Under the pieces are notes generated by a model. The model worked only from the letters and a program-made list of their open reading frames with translations, did not search any database and had not been told where the DNA came from. From Geitlerinema sp. BBD 1991-9 (lineage in GTDB: Bacteria > Cyanobacteriota > Cyanobacteriia > Cyanobacteriales > Geitlerinemataceae), in contig LWRO01000040.1 of the NCBI GenBank assembly GCA_001657325.1, positions 1 through 32,000 on the forward strand: a stretch of DNA of 32,000 nt, read 5' to 3'. Positions 18,216 to 25,708 of this stretch are shown here, piece after piece. A program made the position numbers and the translations under genes. The stretch's first letter is position 1; every line of letters begins with the position of its first letter.

Positions 18216-19535
18216 CTACATTTCCCACTCTGAGGGAAACTGAACAGGGGATGAAGACTTTTTCGACACCACCGCCGCGATCGACTTCCGAACGAAAGGT
18301 TCGATCGCCGCTTCCAATTGGCGGTAGTCCGATTCTGTCACCGGACGCAAGCCGTGGGCTAAAATTGAGTGATTTCGCACTTGCAGCGCGTCTTGAATTT
18401 GACCCTTCGCCGACGCAAACTGTTTTCCCACCGGATCGTCAGGAAACTCCGTCAACAGGGTATACGCCTTAAAAAGTCCAATTTTAATTTTGCCTTCAGC
18501 TTGCAAGGCTTCGTACTTCGGACGCAATGCTTCGGGGAGTTTGTCCAACGCCACATCTCCCGTCTGAATTTCGTAAGCCTCCCACAACCGCACCTGTGCC
18601 AAGAGTTCCAAGGTGCGATACAATCGCGCCACCGCGTCGTCGTATCGAGCCAAGGTCGATCGTCGTTCGGCGTTTAGCAGTACGTCTTCGACGATTTCGT
18701 AACCGTGGCCGCGGATGGATTCCGGTGCAGTAAACCCGTCTCCTGCTGCTGGCGCAAAGGCTTCGCGACTTCCCATCACCCGCTTGAGGAAAAAGATTAG
18801 CTCTCGCAACTGGGGATATTTGAGATAGTCTTTCAGGTAGAACCAGGCTTCTGCGTGGTCGAAGCGATCCCACAAGTCGAAACCCGTGCAGCAGTCGAGC
18901 CACAGCTGAACGCGATCGGCGTTATCTCCCGACAGTTCCCGTTCTTGCAGCAGCGTTTCCAACTCGGCAATGGCGGCGGGGTAGTTGTACTGTCGCAAAA
19001 ACGCCGGAAGCACTTGTAAAATCGTCCGTTCTACTGTCACCGCCGAGGTGGTGGCACGCCGAACTCGTTCCCCCCGTTCCACTTTCACCAAGTTATCCCG
19101 CCGTGTACTGCTGGTGACGTAGGTTTCGAGTTTGTCGTCGAGTGCCACCTGTGCCAACGCCACGGACATGGTTTTCGTTCCCCCGGTGTAGTCGGCGAGA
19201 AGTTGCGCGTTGGCGTCGTCGTTTCGCGCCTCCCGCACTTTTTGGGCAATTTTGCCGTAACATTCGGACAGATCGTCGGGATTGCTAACGAGAATTACGT
19301 CTCGATCTCGATCGAACCGATCGCCTAATCCCAGTTGTGTGGGAATGTTGGGAAGGCGATCGACCACTTCGCTGCCTTTACGAACTTCGCAGGGTTTCCC
19401 TTCTCCGATAATTTGCGACTGGCTGCCTTTTGGGCCGTCGGAACAGATAAAGACGACGCGATCGGGGTTGAGGCTTTTGACGGACGTTAGAATCGGTTGT
19501 GGGGAACCGCCAACGGTAATGAAGAGTGTTTTCAT
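18216..19535 (-). CDS. CRISPR-associated CARF protein, TIGR02710-like (Cas02710)
   Basis: MKTLFITVGGSPQPILTSVKSLNPDRVVFICS, LLADYTGGTKTMSVALAQVAL (CARF), C-terminal LQVRNHSILAHGLRPV; lies downstream of a type III operon. Confidence 0.88.
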   Translation of the reverse strand: MKTLFITVGGSPQPILTSVKSLNPDRVVFICSDGPKGSQSQIIGEGKPCEVRKGSEVVDRLPNIPTQLGLGDRFDRDRDVILVSNPDDLSECYGKIAQKVREARNDDANAQLLADYTGGTKTMSVALAQVALDDKLETYVTSSTRRDNLVKVERGERVRRATTSAVTVERTILQVLPAFLRQYNYPAAIAELETLLQERELSGDNADRVQLWLDCCTGFDLWDRFDHAEAWFYLKDYLKYPQLRELIFFLKRVMGSREAFAPAAGDGFTAPESIRGHGYEIVEDVLLNAERRSTLARYDDAVARLYRTLELLAQVRLWEAYEIQTGDVALDKLPEALRPKYEALQAEGKIKIGLFKAYTLLTEFPDDPVGKQFASAKGQIQDALQVRNHSILAHGLRPVTESDYRQLEAAIEPFVRKSIAAVVSKKSSSPVQFPSEWEM

Positions 19536-19731
19536 AATGCGAAATTTCTCGATATTGGGGTTTTGATAGAAGGTTGTCTATTTCCAATCTGCAAGAGAGC
19601 CATTACATTTCTTAGTCCGAGTCAAGTTGAACGGGCGATGGAAATTTATTTAAAACTACGGCTGTAATCGTAGAAAAATATAACAATATAACTGAGTTTT
19701 CAAAACATCTAAAATGTATTATAAATTTCAG

Positions 19732-20895
19732 TTATCTTCTAGGATAAGTTGGATGCTTCATCTCTGATTGGAGAATATCTTGAATACCGTATAGTTCTTT
19801 TCCAAAAACTAAAACAACTGAATTATTTTTGGCTTTGTTCAATATTTTCTCTTTTTCTTTATCATCAACATCAAGCTCACCAACAATGAATAATTTTATA
19901 CAGTAGCTACCACCGAGTTTTTCTGCTTTAGCACTAAATTCATCTATATCAGAAGATGAATATTTTCCTGTTTTACACTCACAAATCATAGCATTAGCGC
20001 GGTGTAAGCAGAAAACATCAATTTCACCACGATAGTTATCTAGCTCTACTCCAAACTCCACTGAGTCAAAACCACATTTTTGGGCTTCAGAATATACGAA
20101 TACTTCCAACCATTCTCCATTCAAGAAAGAATAATCTTTCTTTTTTTCAATCCTGTACTTTAAGGATGAATTTTCTTCAGTAAAATTGGAGATCAAATTA
20201 AAATTTTTTAGTTTTTCAAAAAAACAAATTAGATCGCTATATAAAATTTGCTTTTCGTCTATTTTAGACCTTTTAATTGACAGCGTTTTGGGAGTCTTGA
20301 TATTGTCCCCTTGGCGAATTAACGTAATAACCTTGTTGTATAAATTTAAATTCCTCATCAAATATTTTGATGCGTTAATAAGTGTTCGAGTTATACTATT
20401 AGTTTTTTTTCTAAATGTACTAAAGCCAAACATGAAGACATAATTTTCTACAGTTAAAGATCGATTAAAATCAATTTGCCTTTTTCCGAAAACCAAAGGT
20501 ATAATTTTAGCGATATTTGTATTAACACTAAAAACCAAAACATCCTTATGATTCCTTAAAACATAACTATACACGGCAATAGACATGGTTTGAGGAACAG
20601 TTGTAAGATTTACATACAGTAAATCTCCACCGCAACTCAATAAACTTTGGGTAGCAATATAGACTTCATCAAAGTTGCTAGGATCAACAGAATTAATATC
20701 TGTGGGATCGCATTTAATATTACTGTTCTCCTGCAGGAGAACAGTAGCCACATTCTTTTGGAATTGCAAATATCTTTCGCTGTCGCATATCAAAAACTTA
20801 ATCCTATCAATCTCATTAACGAACTGTAGAGCACCAGAGAGCGCAGGAACAGCACTTCTTCCACCGATTAAAATTAACATTATACGTTCAGACAT
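19732..20895 (-). CDS. CARF-like protein with C-terminal PD-(D/E)XK-type nuclease domain (Card1/Can2/DUF1887-like, divergent)
   Basis: N-terminal Rossmann-like MLILIGGRSAVPALSGALQF...VYIATQSLLSCGGDLLYVNLTTVPQTMSIAVY; C-terminal VEFGVELDNYRGEIDVFCLHRANAMICECKTGK. Confidence 0.72.
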   Translation of the reverse strand: MSERIMLILIGGRSAVPALSGALQFVNEIDRIKFLICDSERYLQFQKNVATVLLQENSNIKCDPTDINSVDPSNFDEVYIATQSLLSCGGDLLYVNLTTVPQTMSIAVYSYVLRNHKDVLVFSVNTNIAKIIPLVFGKRQIDFNRSLTVENYVFMFGFSTFRKKTNSITRTLINASKYLMRNLNLYNKVITLIRQGDNIKTPKTLSIKRSKIDEKQILYSDLICFFEKLKNFNLISNFTEENSSLKYRIEKKKDYSFLNGEWLEVFVYSEAQKCGFDSVEFGVELDNYRGEIDVFCLHRANAMICECKTGKYSSSDIDEFSAKAEKLGGSYCIKLFIVGELDVDDKEKEKILNKAKNNSVVLVFGKELYGIQDILQSEMKHPTYPRR

Positions 20896-21004
20896 TTTGT
20901 TTTTGGCTTGGATTTTTTGGGTTTTCTGGTGATTGCTGATCGAATTTGTCCGATCTTACGTGTAAATACGCAAAATTTAAGTCACAAATAAATCATATCA
21001 TGAT

Positions 21005-21772
21005 TCACTTGAAAATTTCTAATTCAGTCTGTCCCATTCCCAACCGCGTTTTCACCCCCGTTCCCGAAAAAACGGCGTAGCGAGCCAGCAAATTGGCTAC
21101 GTTCGCCACAATCGGCTCAACGCGATAAGGAATCTGAAGTGAGACGTTCCCCACAAACCCCGTTACGAAAGCTCGTGGAAGCTGAAACGATCGCGTTTTG
21201 ATTTGGTGGTATCGCAAATGGACGAACTGCTGTAAATACCCGATGAGTTCGTCTCCCCCCAAGTAAATCGGAGCGAAATGATTCCACCGTTCCAGCCAAC
21301 TGCGGAACATTAACGCAGGAACGGGAAGGGGTAAATGCGATCCTTGCTGAGAAAACGAAGTTGGCGTGAGAAACTCTAAGTTGAGCCGTCGTTCGGTTTC
21401 TGGTTCCGTCGCAACCCAGAGCGAGTAAAGTTCCTCGTAGCTACTGCGTTCGTCCGTTCGATCGCGGACTGAAAACTTGCTTCCGAGAAATTCCAGGGTG
21501 TCTGGAAACTCTGCGTTTGCGATCGCTTTCGCCGAACCCTCGTCCAATCCCGTTAAAATCAGTTGATAGGGTTCGCCAGCCTGAAACTCTAGAAAACCTT
21601 GCGCTCCCGAACAGCGTCCGATCAAGCCAGAACAGGTAACAGAAGGGATCGTTTCCTGTCCCAAAGCGAGATCGAGGCGATCGTGCAGTCGCTTCACTAA
21701 TTCGAGATGATACGATCGAGGAAGAATTGCCGTGTCTTCCGTCGTCAGAGTATAGGTCGATCGAACGAGCAT
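21005..21772 (-). CDS. cas6: CRISPR-associated endoribonuclease Cas6
   Basis: 255 aa RAMP fold; C-terminal FVTGFVGNVSLQIP...ANLLARYAVFSGTGVKTRLGMGQTEL, a Gly-rich loop typical of Cas6. Confidence 0.85.
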   Translation of the reverse strand: MLVRSTYTLTTEDTAILPRSYHLELVKRLHDRLDLALGQETIPSVTCSGLIGRCSGAQGFLEFQAGEPYQLILTGLDEGSAKAIANAEFPDTLEFLGSKFSVRDRTDERSSYEELYSLWVATEPETERRLNLEFLTPTSFSQQGSHLPLPVPALMFRSWLERWNHFAPIYLGGDELIGYLQQFVHLRYHQIKTRSFQLPRAFVTGFVGNVSLQIPYRVEPIVANVANLLARYAVFSGTGVKTRLGMGQTELEIFK

Positions 21773-21775
21773 AGA

Positions 21776-23092
21776 TTATCGAGGTGTAAATTTTACCCAA
21801 CCGGGGACGTAAACAATTTCGTTTCTAGAACTGACTATAGTTCGACGAGATTTAGGGGCTTGGAAACCGGGTGCTTTAATACCGCAGATATCGCGCAACT
21901 GGCTGCGTAAATCATCATCTAGTAGACCGGAAATTGTCGTTCCAAACAGTCCTGTCCCCCAACCAATCCGCAAATCGTAAGGACAGGTTGGATTGGAATA
22001 AAATTTATCCCAAAGTACATTAAAATCTAGATTTTTACCTTGATGATAGTTGTTGTTAATTTCTGACCAGTAATTCGCTTCATTTTTCCACTGATCTTGT
22101 GCAAAATCTTTACAGATCCTAAGTAAATCTTCAACTGTTTCAAATGGGATCTGCATATTGCTATTATGTTTGAACCAAGACAGCATTTCGCGATCGAGCG
22201 TGATCGTAAACTCAGTTCTCACATTTCGCACCATTTCCGTGTAAATCGAGGCGCGATATTTCGCATTTTGGTCTTGAAAGTGGCTAGAAACAATAACTTC
22301 GGCAACGACTGGAATATTTTTCTTCGCCTGTTTTCCACTTTTAAGCTTAATTGTTTTTCGTCGTAGTGGCTGAGAGTCGGATACAGAAATCGCTCTCATG
22401 AAATCTGTATTCGGTCCGTTCCTCGCTTTGACCGAGCGACCTTGATAACTTAAAGAGCAGTTCGTAAATATATCGTCCATAAATAAGCCATCGTCTGCCC
22501 ACTTTTGGTTAAATCGGCTCTTGAATTCTCCCGAAGCGATACCCTGACGAATTTTGCGTTCGACCTCTGAAAGTGGTTGGGGAGGTTTGTATTTTTTATC
22601 GTACTTCAGCAAAAAGTATGCGATCGCCGTGCGGATTGCACCTTTAATAGACGAACCGGGAACGTACAAGTCTCCCATCCCATTGCGAATCATGGGACGT
22701 AAATCTGTAATTCGCTCTCCTTCTTCTAACGTCCACTTCGATCGAACCTGTGGAAAAATCTTCTGTCCGTCGGGAGATTTAGCATTTTGCCAATCGTCAC
22801 CAAAAGCTTGTTCGAGAAGCGGCTCGATCGATCGTTTTTCTTCGATCGCATTAACGTAATCCTGTAAAAAACGTCCCCCTTGATGATAGAAGGCTTGAGC
22901 CAAGGCTTCTGTATTGGGAAAATAGACTTTTGAAGCTGTCTGGACGTACTCAAACGGATTGAGACTGGAAACTTCCAAGCCGATATGGAGCATCGGACTA
23001 TCGAGGCGAATTGTTCGCGTCTCGTAGTTGTGAGTTTTATAAGTCTGGTAAGACTTAAATGCAGCAGTATCGCTCACGATCCTTCTCCTCAA
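21776..23092 (-). CDS. csm5: Type III-A CRISPR-associated RAMP protein Csm5
   Basis: SPMLHIGLEVSSLNPFEYVQ...DLRPMIRNGMGDLYVPGSSIKGAIRTAIAYFLL; position between csm4 and cas6. Confidence 0.9.
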   Translation of the reverse strand: MRRRIVSDTAAFKSYQTYKTHNYETRTIRLDSPMLHIGLEVSSLNPFEYVQTASKVYFPNTEALAQAFYHQGGRFLQDYVNAIEEKRSIEPLLEQAFGDDWQNAKSPDGQKIFPQVRSKWTLEEGERITDLRPMIRNGMGDLYVPGSSIKGAIRTAIAYFLLKYDKKYKPPQPLSEVERKIRQGIASGEFKSRFNQKWADDGLFMDDIFTNCSLSYQGRSVKARNGPNTDFMRAISVSDSQPLRRKTIKLKSGKQAKKNIPVVAEVIVSSHFQDQNAKYRASIYTEMVRNVRTEFTITLDREMLSWFKHNSNMQIPFETVEDLLRICKDFAQDQWKNEANYWSEINNNYHQGKNLDFNVLWDKFYSNPTCPYDLRIGWGTGLFGTTISGLLDDDLRSQLRDICGIKAPGFQAPKSRRTIVSSRNEIVYVPGWVKFTPR

Positions 23093-24222
23093 GAATTTTT
23101 CTGTAGAGGGTCAATAGCAATGGGTAAACTCAGACTCAAACCGTTACGATAAATTTGGTGACGGTTGAATCTATGAGGGGTAACGTTGGCCAGCATTCCC
23201 ATTGGTTGCATTTTAAATATTGACCCCTCAGCAAACATTCTGACTTTTTTTCGACGCTGTTGTTTTCCGGAAAAGGTCGAGCCAATCCAGCCCCCTCGTT
23301 CTAGAAAATCGTAACTCGACTCTTTGATGAAATCTGCCGGAAGTGATTTTTTCCAAAATACGCTCATCAAGCTGTAGTGAGTACCTTTATCGAAAGAAAC
23401 AACATCTTGCCAAGCTTGAGATAACTCTTCCCATGCGGCAATTTTAAAGCGTCCTGCACCGCTCGATCGTTCTCCACCAAGTCCTTCGTCTCCCAGCAAA
23501 ATTAAGGCTGAGTGAAGTTCGTCTTCAAGTAGTGAATCCTTTTGGGAGAAGTTCAGTAAAAAATATAATCCAGCTTGACTTTCAACTGAGTTATCTTGAC
23601 TCTCCTGTTGCTTCGTATCACCTGAATTTGAACTCTCCTTTGCTTCCCAAGCAAACTGAACGAATCCCGTATGATAGAAGTTGGTGGAACGAGTGGTTCG
23701 ATCGATTGCCACTTTCGGGAGTCGATCGCGCTGAAAGGCGTCACTATAATTAAACGTTCCAGCGTTTTGTAACAACCCGGATGCAGTTTTGTTTTGTGCC
23801 TGTTCTTTCAATTCTTCTGCATCAGCATCGATAAAGCCTTTACCTTGATACCATCGCTGCCAAATTTCGAGAGGTAAATACCTGAGTTTCTTGTAAGTCT
23901 TAAAAAACTCAAGATCGTTCTCTTTGGGATATTTACGAGGTCGTCCTAGAGGTTTTGGTAAGTAATAAATTAGCTGGTCGTTCGCTTTTCGGAAAACGAA
24001 CGTCGAACTCATCCGAACGGGAGGCGAGTCGTTCTGAAGAAAGCGATCGAGTAAACTCTCAACCTTGACTTTCCCAAAACATCGTGCGTAAGCGTTAATC
24101 CAAGCACTAAACAACGTATCAGAACGCACACGCTCGCTCGTTTCTTCGAGTCCAATTCCCACTTCACCAAAATGGACGGGGTTGCGACCGAATTCCAATC
24201 GCACGAGTTTCCAATTACTCAT
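23089..24222 (-). CDS. csm4: Type III-A CRISPR-associated RAMP protein Csm4
   Basis: MSNWKLVRLEFGRNPVHFGEVGIG...VRSDTLFSAWINAYARCFG; LGGERSSGAGRF. The track ORF extends to 24282 with a TTG start; the internal ATG near 24222 gives a more usual 8-nt overlap with csm3. Confidence 0.88.
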   Translation of the reverse strand: MSNWKLVRLEFGRNPVHFGEVGIGLEETSERVRSDTLFSAWINAYARCFGKVKVESLLDRFLQNDSPPVRMSSTFVFRKANDQLIYYLPKPLGRPRKYPKENDLEFFKTYKKLRYLPLEIWQRWYQGKGFIDADAEELKEQAQNKTASGLLQNAGTFNYSDAFQRDRLPKVAIDRTTRSTNFYHTGFVQFAWEAKESSNSGDTKQQESQDNSVESQAGLYFLLNFSQKDSLLEDELHSALILLGDEGLGGERSSGAGRFKIAAWEELSQAWQDVVSFDKGTHYSLMSVFWKKSLPADFIKESSYDFLERGGWIGSTFSGKQQRRKKVRMFAEGSIFKMQPMGMLANVTPHRFNRHQIYRNGLSLSLPIAIDPLQKNS

Positions 24223-25207
24223 TCTGTCCTCCGTCGCCGTTCGTCTCGGGTAGCGATCGAATTTGCTGTTCGATCGACTCAAAATCGTCCAGCAAAGCAG
24301 ACGTGGAATCGAATTGCGGCCACGAGCGCAATTCCACGGCTCCCTTCACATTTCGGTAATCGCTTAAATTGCGATAGAACATCTTGAAATCTGTGAATCG
24401 AACTTTCCCGTAGCCTCGCGAACCATGACCGCCGAGTGCGTCATCTTCCAAAATTGCCAGAGCCACGGCGATATTTCGCAAATCTTCCTCTGCTTGCGCT
24501 GGGTTTTCGATGGTGTAAACAATCTCAAAATTGAACCACGATCCGGCGGGAACTCGTTCGAGTTGACGGGGGTTTGCTGCGGCGGTGACGCGATCGAGTC
24601 CGTTCTCGAACTTCCACTCGGTCATGTATAGTCCTGTGTCAATTTTTTTGAGCTTCTTCACAGAATCATCGTCCAAATGACAGTCACGAACGATGAGACG
24701 AGCTGGAGCGTTGCGTCCTTTAACCTTCGTGTACTGAGTACCGTTATTACTCCAAATTTTTTGATTATTTTGTCTCCGATCAGAAAGTTCTTGCTCTGTG
24801 ATTAAGCCTCGATCTTTTGCCACAGAAGCAGGAAGCCAACAATCGTTTCCAGTCGAACCGAACAAACGGCTAATAGGACAGGTTTTCGCTCCTTCAAACT
24901 CAATTTTTTGTCCGTTCACCTCAGAATAGCCATTGTCGAGATCGTCACTTTCGTAACGATATGTTCCGCTACCACCGGGACGGTTTAAGGGTTTGTTGTA
25001 CAGCCGTTCGAGGATCGATCGCAATTTTCCTTTGATAGACGATCCGGGTAAATAAGGCTGTTGAGTCAGCGGATCACGAATAACGGGTTTGTCAATTCCT
25101 CCAATGTCGAGGGTTTCACCACCGCCTCCGATGTGCAATCCGGTTTCTACGACGAGACGGCTCGTCATGCGAACTTTTCCAAGTAAAGGGGTTTGAGTAC
25201 GAGTCAT
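24215..25207 (-). CDS. csm3: Type III-A CRISPR-associated RAMP protein Csm3
   Basis: MTSRLVVETGLHIGGGGETLDIGGIDKPVIRDPLTQQPYLPGSSIKGKLRSILE; GGHGSRGYGKV. Confidence 0.95.
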   Translation of the reverse strand: MTRTQTPLLGKVRMTSRLVVETGLHIGGGGETLDIGGIDKPVIRDPLTQQPYLPGSSIKGKLRSILERLYNKPLNRPGGSGTYRYESDDLDNGYSEVNGQKIEFEGAKTCPISRLFGSTGNDCWLPASVAKDRGLITEQELSDRRQNNQKIWSNNGTQYTKVKGRNAPARLIVRDCHLDDDSVKKLKKIDTGLYMTEWKFENGLDRVTAAANPRQLERVPAGSWFNFEIVYTIENPAQAEEDLRNIAVALAILEDDALGGHGSRGYGKVRFTDFKMFYRNLSDYRNVKGAVELRSWPQFDSTSALLDDFESIEQQIRSLPETNGDGGQNE

Positions 25208-25213
25208 CGTGAG

Positions 25214-25663
25214 TTATTTTCCTCCAGCAGCTTTGTGATAGGCAACAATGGCTTCGATAAATTGAACGAGTCGATCGAAATCTTCGAGGTCTTCGACACG
25301 GTCGATTGCTTTAGACATAACGTTACTCAACGGTTTGGCGGCATTTTGCCGAGCCGCAGCATAGGCGAGTTTTGGTTGGAGTAACACAATTTCAGTTTCG
25401 ATTTTAGAAAAGTCTCTCTCCTGAGTGACGGTGACTTTTAATCGGTTAATTGCATCCAAGAACTTACGAATCTGGTTGGTTTGCAGGCGTTGACTATTAA
25501 GATATTCACCAAACTCCTGAGCATGCTTCACCAGATCTCGAATAGGATAACTTTTGAAGCTAGATTTTAAGTTTCCTACTTCTTTGATAATTTCTCGATC
25601 GATTGACATCTTAGAAGATCTACCAGTTGAAGGATTGGGGCGATTTTGATTTCTGTTTGGCAT
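25214..25663 (-). CDS. csm2: Type III-A CRISPR-associated protein Csm2
   Basis: Small helical protein between cas10 and csm3; QTNQIRKFLDAINRLK...VLLQPKLAYAAAR...FDRLVQFIEAIVAYHKAAGG. Confidence 0.9.
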   Translation of the reverse strand: MPNRNQNRPNPSTGRSSKMSIDREIIKEVGNLKSSFKSYPIRDLVKHAQEFGEYLNSQRLQTNQIRKFLDAINRLKVTVTQERDFSKIETEIVLLQPKLAYAAARQNAAKPLSNVMSKAIDRVEDLEDFDRLVQFIEAIVAYHKAAGGK

Positions 25664-25708
25664 TCCTTAAAACCTGAGAATTAACAACACAAGCAAATCA
25701 CAAGAGAT

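Noticed and set aside
24215-24282. A real 68-nt overlap between csm4 and csm3
   Set aside because: The longer csm4 ORF depends on a TTG start. The internal ATG (MSNWKLVRLEFG) matches the expected family N-terminus and gives an 8-nt overlap.
25600-25650. Frequent CGATCGA/TCGATCGA strings as a specific regulatory motif
   Set aside because: They occur throughout the window in coding and noncoding DNA, consistent with general CGATCG/HIP1-type overrepresentation in cyanobacteria rather than a local site.
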